A DNA stretch of 26,040 nucleotides from positions 1 to 26,040 of the forward strand of contig JASGCG010000001.1 of NCBI GenBank assembly GCA_030054235.1, written 5' to 3'. Under the pieces are notes generated by a model that was not told the origin of the DNA, made no database searches, and saw nothing but the letters and a program-made list of their open reading frames with translations. This document shows, piece after piece, positions 1-8,616 of the stretch. Position 1 is the stretch's first letter. Every line of letters begins with the position of its first letter. The DNA comes from Bacteroidia bacterium (GTDB lineage Bacteria; Planctomycetota; Phycisphaerae; Phycisphaerales; SM1A02). The position numbers and the translations under genes were made by a program.

Positions 1-669
1 CGTCTCCTCGAGCTTGAGCCATGGGAACTTGAGCAGCACCCAGTAGCAGACCGTGACGAAGGTGCAGAAGCAGAAGACGCCCTGGAAGAAGTCGGTGACG
101 AGCACCGCCAGCATGCCGCCGGCGAAGACCATGAAGACCGCGAACGCCAGCAGCGCGCCCATCACCGCCGGGAAGGTCTCGATCGCCATGCCGGCGACCG
201 TGAACTCGGCCGGCAGGCCGAGCATGGCGATGAAGAACCGCGCCGTGACGCCGGGGAAGATCGCGTAGTTCAGGATGCCGCTCACGAAGGCGACCACGCC
301 GCTGAAGACGCGGAAGCGCTTGGAATAGCGCATCTCGAAGAACTGCGCGAGGGTCATCGCGCGCGTCTCGCGGAACCGGTAGATGACCCAGCCGGTGATC
401 GCCAGCAGGATCAGCGACGGGCCCTCGAGGTAGCCCCACCAGTACTGCGTGAAGCCCACGTCGTACCCGAGCTGGAAGTACCAGACCAACGTGATCACGC
501 CGACCTGCGCCATGTTGTACGAGACAGTGAGCAGGTAGCGGCCGGCGAGCCGGTTCGCGCTCAGGAAGCCGCTGACGCTGCGCGCATGTTCACGCATGCT
601 CCACGCCGAGAGCGCCAGCGCCGCGACGAACCCGATGACGATGAGCCAGTCGACGGTCGCGAGCGTCAT
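1..669 (-). CDS. Sodium:solute symporter (SSS) family transporter, N-terminal part; runs off window edge
   Basis: Not in the ORF track (no stop inside window). Manual translation from ATG 669: MTLATVDWLIVIGFVAALALSAWSMREHARSVSGFLSANRLAGRYLL...YRFRETRAMTLAQFFEMRYSKRFR...GGMLAVLVTDFFQG. The 'D-W-x-I', 'FL.A.R', 'T..QF.E.RY' and 'GG..AV..TD..Q' motifs are typical of SSS transporters; multiple hydrophobic helices. Confidence 0.9.
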   Translation of the reverse strand, partial: MTLATVDWLIVIGFVAALALSAWSMREHARSVSGFLSANRLAGRYLLTVSYNMAQVGVITLVWYFQLGYDVGFTQYWWGYLEGPSLILLAITGWVIYRFRETRAMTLAQFFEMRYSKRFRVFSGVVAFVSGILNYAIFPGVTARFFIAMLGLPAEFTVAGMAIETFPAVMGALLAFAVFMVFAGGMLAVLVTDFFQGVFCFCTFVTVCYWVLLKFPWLKLEET

Positions 670-678
670 GCAGCCATG

Positions 679-3600
679 CTAACGACGCCCCGCCCGGCGG
701 ATCCGCAGCGAGGCGATCTCGAAGGCGCGCAGTCCGAGCCACCAGCCATCGCGGTCCGTGCACGGCGCGAGCCTCGAACGCGCGAGCGGTGCCTCGAAGA
801 AGTCGCAGCGCACCACGTCGTCATGCGGCATCGACGGCGACACCAGCACCTGCCGCGGGGCGCCAGAGTGATCGACCACGCGCACCACGACATCGCCGCT
901 TCCATCGGACGCGGGCTTCATCGCGCTCACCTCGAGCAAGCCGTCGCCGAAGGCGAGGATCCCGACCGGATGCATGCCCGCAGCGGCAGCACCGGCGCGA
1001 CCCGTCGACACCGTGATGGGCGGATTGTTGAACCACTCGGCCTGCACGGAAACCGACGAGGCATCCTGCCCGACCGGCAGGATCGCGTACTCGAACTCGT
1101 GCACGCCGCGGTCGCACGTGGGGTCGGGGAAGTTGGGACTCTTGACCAGCGTCAGGCCCATGGAGCCGAGCTTGCCGCTCTTGCCGAAGATGCCATCGTC
1201 GAGGATCGCCACACCGTCTTGGCCATCATGGATGAGCATCCAGTCGTGGCCGGGCACTTCGAACTGCGCTGCCTGCCAACTCGTGTTGTCGTGCGCGTCG
1301 CGGTCGATCCAGCCGCACTGCGTGCCGAAGCGCACCGTCCGGCTGCGGAGCGCCGTGGGGAAGAGCGCTCGCAGCACCGTGCGTTCCTCGCACCAGTCGA
1401 GCCGGGTATGGATGCGCAGGTACGACTCGCCGGGGCGCAGGCTGCAGGTCTGCACGATGCGGCTCGCACGGCCGAGCGCGCGCTCGATGCGCAGCATGGG
1501 CACGCCACCACGCACGATCGGCGTGATCGTCGGGCGCCCGGTGATCGGGATCGGCTTCTCGGCATGCTCACGGTCGGTATCCCACGCTTCCCAGCGACGC
1601 GGCCGATCCTCGTAGAGGGCCAGCTCGTTGAGGCCGTGGCCATCGCGAGCGGTGCAGGAGATGCCGTCGCGCTCGATCCAGCTCACGCGGCCTTGCGCAT
1701 CGAACTCCGCAACGTCGTGGCCGAGCGCGAGCGTGGTCCGCGTGGCCTTGGCGCGAGCGGGCTTCGGGCGACGCACGGTCGACACGCCGCACTCGGGGAT
1801 CTCCTGCAGGCGAGGCTCATCTATGCCGGCGGGTCCGGCCGGTTCGAGCTCGATCGCGGTGCTCGCCGGATTGAAGACGACCTCGCCGGCGGCAGGAACG
1901 CGCGCGCGGATGCGGGCGAGGCCATCGTCACGCAGGGCCTCGAGCCGCTTGAGCGCCGCACCCATGGCGATGCGCGCATCGTCGTACACGGCCTTGATGC
2001 TCGAACCCGGCAGGATGTCGTGGAACTGGTGCAGCAGCACGGTCTTCCAGAGTCCGTCGAGCTCGGCGAGCAGCGCGCGCTCCTCGGCGCGGGGCATCGG
2101 CGCGATCACGGCAAGCATCTCGACCTGGCGCAGCAGGCGCTCGCCACGCCGGTTCGCCCGCTTGATCCAGCGCTGGCTGGTGTAGGTGCCGCGGTGCGCT
2201 TCGAGGTAGAGCTCGCCGTCCCAGACCGGCAGCGGCTCGCCCCGGCGCTCGCTCGCGCGCGCCTGCCGGTGCAACTCGCCGCACAGGTCCCCTGCCTTCA
2301 TCGGCTCGCACGCTGGAAGCCCCTGCGATCGCCGCGCATTCGCCGCACGCTCGATCTGCGACGGATCGGGCCCGCCGCCGCCATCGCCCCAGCCGTACGG
2401 CTGCAGGTAGGCGCGCACACGCCCTCGATCCTGGCGCTCGATGTTGCGCGCGCCCGCCACGAGATCGTTCGGGAGGAACTCGCTGTTGTAGTTGTGGCCC
2501 GGCGTGAAGTGGCTGAGCACCTCGGTGCCGTCGAGCCCGCGCCATCGGAACGTCACATGCGGGAAGCGGTTGGTACCGCTCCAGATCATCTTGTTGGTGA
2601 TGAAGGTATCGAGCCCCGCAAGCGCGATGATCTGCGGCAGGCACGCAGGGAATCCGAACGTGTCGGGCAGGTAGAGGAACCGCTGCGGTGCGGCGGCCCC
2701 GAACTGCTCGCGCCACCAGCCGGTGCCATGCACGATCTGGCGGATGAAGCTCTCGCCGCTCGGGCACGTGCCGTCGGGCTCGATCCACATGGCGCCGTTG
2801 GGCTCCCAGCGTCCAGCCTTCACGGCCTTGCGGACCTGGTCGAACAGCGCGGGGCTCTCCTCCTGCACCATGCGGTACTGCGCCGCCTGACTGCAGAGGA
2901 ACGTGAAGCCCGGGAAACGCTCGATCGATCGAAGCGCCGTCGCGAAGGTGCGCACGCACTTGCGACGCGTCTCGTCGATCCTCCAGAGCCAGGCCGTGTC
3001 GATGTGTGCGTGACCGATCGGCACGCACGTGATGGCATGCAGCGGATCGGCAGAACCCTTCAGCAGCGCCTCGAGCGCCGGTGCCTGGGCCAGCACCACC
3101 GATCGCGAGATGGTCGCTGCGGGGATCGCACGCACGATGGCACCCAGGCCGCTGCGCAGGTCATTGGTGCGCGGGTCCTCGGCGCTCCCGTTCCACAGGC
3201 AGCGGCGCAGGAGATCGAAGCGCTCGGCGAACTGCCACAGGCCTTCGTCAAGCACGACGAGCTCGGCGCACTCGAGCCGCCCGGGCTTGCGCTCGCTCCA
3301 GCGCGCACGGACCTCGGGCTGGTCCCACCAGAACGTCGTCGCCCCCAGCGGGAGATTGCACGCGGCTTCGATCCACAGGTCGACACGCTGGCCCGCACGG
3401 CCGCGAGCACGGTCGTTCCACACGAGCGGTGCGATCGGTGCGGTGTCGTGGTACGGATCGAGGCCCGCGTGCGGCACGCCGTCGACCCAGACGCACGCCT
3501 CGGTGCCGCTGGAAAAGCGCAGGAGCACACGCTCGCCGGCAAAGTCGCGCGGCATCGTCCCCTGCACGCGGAACCAAGCGGTCGACCAGATCGGGCCCCA

Positions 3601-3780
3601 CCGGTAGCCCGGTTCGACCCTGGTCCGACGGGCGCGCTGCGCCACGTTCGGCGCCACACGCTCGGCGAAGTGGGCGACCTCGACGCGCAACGCCTCGCGA
3701 CGGGGCGCGGCGAGCGGGCGGAGGAGATCGTTGCAGAACTCCTCGAAGCGGATGGCATCCATCTGGTGGTCGGGCAGCAC
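679..3780 (-). CDS. Glycoside hydrolase family 38 alpha-mannosidase
   Basis: GHAHIDTAW (Zn-binding HxD), WEPNGAMW, PDTFG (nucleophile Asp), ELYLEAHRGTYTSQ, QFHDILPGSSI, QFEVPGHDW, CDRGVHEFEY. Start moved from the ORF-track 3819 to GTG 3780 because TACGCT lies exactly 6 nt upstream; ATG 3762 is an alternative. Confidence 0.95.
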   Translation of the reverse strand: MLPDHQMDAIRFEEFCNDLLRPLAAPRREALRVEVAHFAERVAPNVAQRARRTRVEPGYRWGPIWSTAWFRVQGTMPRDFAGERVLLRFSSGTEACVWVDGVPHAGLDPYHDTAPIAPLVWNDRARGRAGQRVDLWIEAACNLPLGATTFWWDQPEVRARWSERKPGRLECAELVVLDEGLWQFAERFDLLRRCLWNGSAEDPRTNDLRSGLGAIVRAIPAATISRSVVLAQAPALEALLKGSADPLHAITCVPIGHAHIDTAWLWRIDETRRKCVRTFATALRSIERFPGFTFLCSQAAQYRMVQEESPALFDQVRKAVKAGRWEPNGAMWIEPDGTCPSGESFIRQIVHGTGWWREQFGAAAPQRFLYLPDTFGFPACLPQIIALAGLDTFITNKMIWSGTNRFPHVTFRWRGLDGTEVLSHFTPGHNYNSEFLPNDLVAGARNIERQDRGRVRAYLQPYGWGDGGGGPDPSQIERAANARRSQGLPACEPMKAGDLCGELHRQARASERRGEPLPVWDGELYLEAHRGTYTSQRWIKRANRRGERLLRQVEMLAVIAPMPRAEERALLAELDGLWKTVLLHQFHDILPGSSIKAVYDDARIAMGAALKRLEALRDDGLARIRARVPAAGEVVFNPASTAIELEPAGPAGIDEPRLQEIPECGVSTVRRPKPARAKATRTTLALGHDVAEFDAQGRVSWIERDGISCTARDGHGLNELALYEDRPRRWEAWDTDREHAEKPIPITGRPTITPIVRGGVPMLRIERALGRASRIVQTCSLRPGESYLRIHTRLDWCEERTVLRALFPTALRSRTVRFGTQCGWIDRDAHDNTSWQAAQFEVPGHDWMLIHDGQDGVAILDDGIFGKSGKLGSMGLTLVKSPNFPDPTCDRGVHEFEYAILPVGQDASSVSVQAEWFNNPPITVSTGRAGAAAAGMHPVGILAFGDGLLEVSAMKPASDGSGDVVVRVVDHSGAPRQVLVSPSMPHDDVVRCDFFEAPLARSRLAPCTDRDGWWLGLRAFEIASLRIRRAGRR

Positions 3781-3823
3781 GCAGGCAGCGTACGGTGCAG
3801 TCGCGTGGCACACCATCACGACA

Positions 3824-3849
3824 GCGCCCCGCCGGCGAGGGCGGGGCGC
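3824..3849. terminator. Perfect 10-bp GC hairpin between DUF481 gene and mannosidase; possible terminator or mRNA stabiliser
   Basis: GCGCCCCGCC (3824-3833), 6-nt loop, GGCGGGGCGC (3840-3849); 26 nt past the DUF481 stop on the minus strand; no clear U-tract. Confidence 0.45.
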
Positions 3850-3875
3850 GGATCGACGAAGGCCGGAGGCCGGGC

Positions 3876-4784
3876 TCAGAAGTTGAACTGGATGCCGGCG
3901 TAGTACCGGAGCTCGTTCTTCGCCGTGCCGTCGGTCGCGCTCGAGTTGTACTCGTCACGGACGCCAGCGATGAACGAGAGGTTGTCGGTGTTGGGGATGT
4001 CCCAGATGAAGTCGGCGTACACGTTGATGAAGTAGAACTCCTGGAAGTTCGCGACGTCGGGCACGTACTGGCCGCCGAACTTCACGCGCTGCTCGTCATT
4101 GATCGTCCACAGGCCTTCGAACGAGGCCAGGAAGCTCGGATACCAGCGATCGCTCGTCCCTTCTTCACGCGTGGCACCGAAACCGATGCGGGGCGTGAGT
4201 TCGAGCGGCTTCTCGGTGTAGAGCCGGTAGCCGACCCCGCCGAAGATGCTGTAGCGCTGCTTCCACGACTGGAACTCGTCGTACTCGAACTGCGCCTTCT
4301 CGAAGATCGTCCAGCGGCTCTCGCCGAGGTCACGCTCGAGGATCTGCGTGGCGAGCGCGTTGTTGTCCTGCGCCTCGCCGTTGTTGGATCGGTAGTACCA
4401 CTGCGCATCGACCTGGAAGAGCCAGCCGTCTTCCTTGTAGAGCGTGCCGCCCGCGAGCCGCACGTCCAGGGTGTCGTTGGTCGACTGCACGCCCGAGACC
4501 GAGGCGTTCACGTAGGACTTCCAGGGCGAGGCCGGTGCCGGCGGTGCGATCGCCTTCACCTCGGTGAACTGGTCGGGTCGAAGCGCGATGTCGCCCAGCA
4601 CCGGGTGCTTGAGCACGATGCCGTTGGCATCCTGCTTGGTGACTTCGCCCTTGAGGGTCTCTCCGTTGGAGAGCTTCACCTCGGACTGCGGGGGCGTGGG
4701 CTGGGCCTGCACCAGGGCAAGCGCATCGGCGAAGGCGAGGGGTGCTGCGAGCAAGGCAGCCAAGAGCGCAAGGCAACGAGTCAT
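3876..4784 (-). CDS. DUF481/YdiY-like outer-membrane beta-barrel protein
   Basis: Signal peptide MTRCLALLAALLAAPLAFA with GGAG SD upstream of ATG 4784; N-terminal 'V.L.NG..L.G.V' module; alternating aromatic beta-strands (WTIFEKAQFEYDEFQ, FGGVGYRL); C-terminal YYAGIQFNF with terminal Phe. Confidence 0.8.
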   Translation of the reverse strand: MTRCLALLAALLAAPLAFADALALVQAQPTPPQSEVKLSNGETLKGEVTKQDANGIVLKHPVLGDIALRPDQFTEVKAIAPPAPASPWKSYVNASVSGVQSTNDTLDVRLAGGTLYKEDGWLFQVDAQWYYRSNNGEAQDNNALATQILERDLGESRWTIFEKAQFEYDEFQSWKQRYSIFGGVGYRLYTEKPLELTPRIGFGATREEGTSDRWYPSFLASFEGLWTINDEQRVKFGGQYVPDVANFQEFYFINVYADFIWDIPNTDNLSFIAGVRDEYNSSATDGTAKNELRYYAGIQFNF

Positions 4785-4852
4785 GCTGGGTCTCCGGTCG
4801 ATCAGGCGGGTTTCTGCGGCAGCCGACCGTGGCGGAAGTCCGATGGCGATCC

Positions 4853-4880
4853 TTGCCTTCGGGGGGCGGCACCATACACT
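4853..4880 (+). promoter_or_regulatory. Sigma70-type promoter for the Cys-rich ORF/efflux operon; predicted leaderless start
   Basis: TTGCCT (4853-4858), 16-nt spacer, TACACT (4875-4880), 6 nt, GTG 4887. Confidence 0.6.
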
Positions 4881-4886
4881 CACTCC

Positions 4887-5300
4887 GTGCGAGGCGTGAC
4901 CGTCCATCTGCTCGCGATGTGGATCGCGATGTGCTGCTGCCAGTGGCGCGCTGTCGGCGCTGCCATGGGCCTGCAGTCGATCCCGTCATGCTGCGCGCCG
5001 ACAGAGCCGGTCGATCCCTGCTGCGATAACTGCTGCACGGGTCCGGACGAGCGCAGTGAAGACGAACGACCGCCGGCCGACTCCAACCGGTGCGCCGGCT
5101 GCTGCGACAAGGGCCTTGCCCCATCCGCCGACGACCTGCCGTCGTCGCTCTTCGACCTCCACCTCGATCACCTCGGCACCCTGCTGCTTCATGTGCCGAG
5201 CATCGCCCTGCCATCGATCGATCGATCGATCGAACATGGCACCGTGTGGCACCCGCCGCCGGGCCGATTCCGGCCGCTGGTCTGCATCCTGACCGTGTGA
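4887..5300 (+). CDS. Small Cys-rich exported/membrane protein (137 aa), DUF2946/CutF-like putative regulatory uORF
   Basis: 3' end of ORF-track 3081..5300. Hydrophobic N-terminus, 13 Cys (CCC, CC, CCxxCC, CxxCC, terminal C), His cluster LHLDHL, C-terminal WHPPPGRFRPLVCILTV. Promoter upstream; efflux operon 75 nt downstream. Confidence 0.7.
   Translation: MRGVTVHLLAMWIAMCCCQWRAVGAAMGLQSIPSCCAPTEPVDPCCDNCCTGPDERSEDERPPADSNRCAGCCDKGLAPSADDLPSSLFDLHLDHLGTLLLHVPSIALPSIDRSIEHGTVWHPPPGRFRPLVCILTV
5213..5232. repeat. Tetranucleotide tandem repeat (ATCG)5 inside the Cys-rich ORF
   Basis: ccATCGATCGATCGATCGATCGaa, encoding P-SIDRSI-E; longest such run seen in the window. Confidence 0.95.
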
Positions 5301-5308
5301 CGTGACGC

Positions 5309-5373
5309 TGATCGTTGCCGCACCCCTCATCGGGTCCGCGGTGCTTTCTCGCATCCATCATCACCAAGGATCA
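5309..5373 (+). promoter_or_regulatory. Putative SD-sequestering stem-loop upstream of the TolC-like gene
   Basis: TGATCGTTG (5309-5317) is complementary to CAAGGATCA (5365-5373) at 8/9 positions and covers the SD AAGGA (5366-5370). Inner GCACC (5320-5324)/GGTGC (5340-5344) pair. Folding energy not computed. Confidence 0.4.
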
Positions 5374-5375
5374 CC

Positions 5376-6743
5376 ATGCCGAAGCCCCTGTTTCGGGCTG
5401 CCGCCGCTCTCCTGGCCTTCGTTCTGGCCGCCTTCCTGGCCGCAGCCTGCACCTCGACCGACCATCACGACGCATCGCGCGACACGCTTGAGAGGGATCT
5501 CGCACGCGCTGCGCTCGATGGCGGCGCGAACCCGCTCCCCGCTCCCGCCGGCGCACCACCGACCGACCGCGCCCTGACGGCCGACGCCGCCGTGGCGGCC
5601 GCACTCTCCAGCAATCCATCCTTCCGCGCCGATGTGCTCGCCGCGCACGAGGCTGCTCTCGCGGTCGATGCCGTGGCGCTCGGCCCCACGCCGATGGTCA
5701 TGCTCGAGATCGGCGTGCCCCTCACCGACACGGCCACCGTACCGATCCTGGCACTGCTCACCGCATCGCTGACCGATCTCGTCACTCGCGGCGATCGGAT
5801 GGAGATCGCCAGCCTGCGGGCCCAGGCCATGCATCTGTCAGCCATCGATGCTGCAACGATGCTCTCGGCCTCGGTGCGCGAGCGCCATGCGATGGCCTGG
5901 CGTGCGCAGGAGTCCCTGCACCTGGCAGAGGCTCGCTTCGCTCTCGCCCAGACCGAGGCCGATCGCGAGAGCGCGCTCGCCTCGAAGGGCCTTGCATCCG
6001 TCCGCCGTGACCAGGCCGGTGCGGCGATGCTGGCTTCCGCGCGTGCTCAACTCGAGCAGGCGCGGTCCGCGCACACCACGGCGGTGCGCGCACTCGCCGC
6101 CGCGATGGGTTGTGCCCGGCAGGATGTCGAGTGGGCCGTGGCTCGTCCGGAACTGCCGCCATGGCCGGACGCCGGCCTGATCGGCAACAGTGCCGTGACA
6201 CCCGCGGCCCGCATGGCCGTTGCACTCGCGGCCGCGACGCGCATCGAGGCCGAGCTCGTCCGCTCGGGGTTGACGCAGAACGCCAACCTCGGCACCGGCT
6301 ACATGCAGGACGAAGAAGACATGAAGGCGATCCCCATCGTGCTGCAGTTCGCGCTGCCGATCGGTGCCGAGGGCGCCACGCGTGAACAACGCGCCGCGCT
6401 CATGGACGAGTCGGCAGCGCTTCGTGCCGAGGCAGCTCTGCAACAGGCGCATGTCCGGCTCGCCGATGCGCTCGACCGCGAGTCATCCGCCCGCGTGGCG
6501 GCCGAGGCGCTCGAGCGCACCACGCTCGCCGCCGCGCGGACCCAGCATGAACGGCTGCGCACGCTCGCCCAGCGCGGTGCGGCTACCACCAAGGAGCGCG
6601 ACCAGGTGCGCATGGCCTGCCTCGATGCCGAGAGCGAGGCAGTCATGGCGCATGCCAACGCCTGCATCGCCGCCGCCGAGCGGGTCGCCGCCAGTGCGGG
6701 GCTTGACCTGGCGCAGGACGGCGGGCGGAGGGCCGAGCGATGA
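5376..6743 (+). CDS. TolC/CusC-like outer membrane efflux factor, lipoprotein
   Basis: Lipobox LAAAC, long Ala/Glu-rich coiled helices, duplicated architecture, beta-strand segment ANLGTGY...IVLQFALPI; AAGGA SD; directly upstream of adaptor gene with ATGA overlap. Confidence 0.85.
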   Translation: MPKPLFRAAAALLAFVLAAFLAAACTSTDHHDASRDTLERDLARAALDGGANPLPAPAGAPPTDRALTADAAVAAALSSNPSFRADVLAAHEAALAVDAVALGPTPMVMLEIGVPLTDTATVPILALLTASLTDLVTRGDRMEIASLRAQAMHLSAIDAATMLSASVRERHAMAWRAQESLHLAEARFALAQTEADRESALASKGLASVRRDQAGAAMLASARAQLEQARSAHTTAVRALAAAMGCARQDVEWAVARPELPPWPDAGLIGNSAVTPAARMAVALAAATRIEAELVRSGLTQNANLGTGYMQDEEDMKAIPIVLQFALPIGAEGATREQRAALMDESAALRAEAALQQAHVRLADALDRESSARVAAEALERTTLAAARTQHERLRTLAQRGAATTKERDQVRMACLDAESEAVMAHANACIAAAERVAASAGLDLAQDGGRRAER

Positions 6744-7933
6744 CCGACCCGATCACCACATCGACGCAGGAGCCGAGCATGATGCAGCCCACCATGATTC
6801 CACCGCCAAACCGACGCGCAACGCGACTCTTCGCCTTCGGCGTCTGGAGTGGCGCGATCGCCGGCGCCTTCGCGCTCATCGTGTTCTGGTTCGGCCGGCC
6901 GCAGCCGGTCGCCATCACGCGGGCCGTGGCGCGCGAACTCGGTTCGTCCTTCGCTGGCAGCATCGTGCAGGCGCCGGGCTGGATCGAGGCTCGCCCCTAC
7001 GCCACCCTGGTCCCGGGCCTCGTCGATGGCACGGTCACCTCGGTCAGGGCGATCGAGGGCGATGCCGTGAAGGCCGGACAGGTGCTCGCCACGATCGATG
7101 CGCGGCCCTTCGAGGAAGCCGAGCAGCAGACAGCGGGCGCTTATGCGATGGCGCGGGCCGAGACCGTGCAGGCACGCCTGCAGCACACGCTTGCGGACGC
7201 GCGACTCAGCGTCGGCGAGGCCGCGCAGGTCGACGTCGACCTGGCGGCAGCGCAACTCGCACGTGCCGAGGGCGCGGAACTCATGGCGCGGGGCGCCTGG
7301 GAACGTGCCGCACTCGACGTCGAACGCTGCAGCGTGATCGCACCGGTCGATGGCGTGATCTTCGAGCGCCGCGTCGAGCCGGGCGAGCGCATCGGGAGCG
7401 ACATGGAGAACGAAGGTGCCATGTTCGCGCTCTTCGATCCCGCCATGGTGCAAGTGCGCTGCGACGTACCGCTCGCCGATGCCGGCAGCGTGCTTCCTGG
7501 CCAGCTCGCCGAAGTCACGGTCGATGCCTTCAAGGGGCGGACCTTCCGCGGCACGGTGCTCGTGGGTGGTTTCAGGGCCGACATCGCAAAGAACACGCTG
7601 CAGGTCAAGATCGGCCTCGATGATGCCGACGGCCTGCTGCGCCCGGACACGCTCACGCGCGTGCGGATCATGGTGCCGGGTTCGAGCGCCGGCTCAGCAC
7701 GCACGCAGGTGGTGGTGCCTGCCGACTGGGTCGTACGCGATGGCTCACGCTCCACCGTCCTGGTGATGGATGCCGGCTTCCTGCGCCGCGTCGACCTCGG
7801 CGAGGCCACCGACACGGGCGATGGGTGGATCATCGCCGCAGACGGGATCCGCCCAGGCGAGGTGCTCGTGCATCCATCGCATGCCGCGCTGCCTGACGGC
7901 ACGCGCATCGCTCCCAAGGAGGAAACGCCATGA
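6740..7933 (+). CDS. Periplasmic adaptor (membrane fusion protein, HlyD/MacA-like)
   Basis: Single N-terminal TM; lipoyl half-motifs 'VDGTVTSVRAIEGDAVKAGQVLA' and 'VIAPVDGVIFERRVEPGE' flanking a coiled hairpin; ATGA overlaps on both sides. Confidence 0.92.
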   Translation: MTDPITTSTQEPSMMQPTMIPPPNRRATRLFAFGVWSGAIAGAFALIVFWFGRPQPVAITRAVARELGSSFAGSIVQAPGWIEARPYATLVPGLVDGTVTSVRAIEGDAVKAGQVLATIDARPFEEAEQQTAGAYAMARAETVQARLQHTLADARLSVGEAAQVDVDLAAAQLARAEGAELMARGAWERAALDVERCSVIAPVDGVIFERRVEPGERIGSDMENEGAMFALFDPAMVQVRCDVPLADAGSVLPGQLAEVTVDAFKGRTFRGTVLVGGFRADIAKNTLQVKIGLDDADGLLRPDTLTRVRIMVPGSSAGSARTQVVVPADWVVRDGSRSTVLVMDAGFLRRVDLGEATDTGDGWIIAADGIRPGEVLVHPSHAALPDGTRIAPKEETP

Positions 7934-8616
7934 GCCTCATCGAGTGCCGATCGCTTTGCAAGGATTACCAGCGCGGCGGTGAGGCCGTGCACGTCCTCGA
8001 CCGACTCGACCTGTCGATCGATCGCGGGTCCTACACCGCGCTCATGGGTCCAAGCGGCAGCGGCAAGACCACGCTGCTCAACCTTCTCGCGGGCATCGAC
8101 CGAGCCAGCTCGGGCGAGCTGCTCGTGGACGGGACGGATCTGGCGCAACTCGACCGCAACCAGCTCGCGCTCTGGCGATCGCGCCACGTGGGCTACGTGT
8201 TCCAGCTCTACAACCTCGTTCCCGTGCTCTCGGCGTACGAGAACGTCGAACTTCCGCTGCTGCTGCACGACCTCACCGCCGCCGAGCGGCACCGACGCGT
8301 CGTCGAGGCGCTCGAGTCCGTCGACCTGGCGACCCGCCATGGTCACCTGCCCCGCCAACTCTCAGGCGGCCAGGAACAGCGCGTCGCGATCGCCCGCGCG
8401 CTGGTGACGCAACCCACGCTGCTGCTGGCCGATGAACCGACAGGCGATCTCGACCGCACCAACGCCGATGCGGTCATGGACCTCTTCGGCCGGCTCCATC
8501 GCGAGCGTGGCCAGACGATCGTCATGGTCACGCATGACGAGGCCATCGCCCGGCGCGCAGAGCGCACCGTCCGCCTCGAAAAGGGCCGGCTCGCCACCGT
8601 GGAGGTGGCACGATGA
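7930..8616 (+). CDS. ABC transporter ATP-binding protein, MacB/LolD-type
   Basis: Walker A GPSGSGKTT, Q-loop GYVFQLYNL, signature LSGGQEQRVAIARAL, Walker B LLLADEPTGDLD, H-loop VTHD; AAGGAGG SD. Confidence 0.97.
   Translation: MSLIECRSLCKDYQRGGEAVHVLDRLDLSIDRGSYTALMGPSGSGKTTLLNLLAGIDRASSGELLVDGTDLAQLDRNQLALWRSRHVGYVFQLYNLVPVLSAYENVELPLLLHDLTAAERHRRVVEALESVDLATRHGHLPRQLSGGQEQRVAIARALVTQPTLLLADEPTGDLDRTNADAVMDLFGRLHRERGQTIVMVTHDEAIARRAERTVRLEKGRLATVEVAR

Noticed and set aside
586-3903. 1105-aa plus-strand ORF
   Set aside because: Antisense shadow of the GH38 gene. Arg/Ala/His-rich with no motifs; stop-free antisense frames are expected with high-GC codon bias.
4853-4880. MerR/CueR-type metal-responsive promoter
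   Set aside because: The spacer is 16 nt rather than the elongated 19-20 nt, and no dyad is seen within it.
3081-4886. Upstream 600 codons of the 739-aa ORF 3081..5300
   Set aside because: Overlaps the mannosidase and DUF481 genes on the opposite strand. Only the 3' part from GTG 4887 has a promoter and protein-like features.
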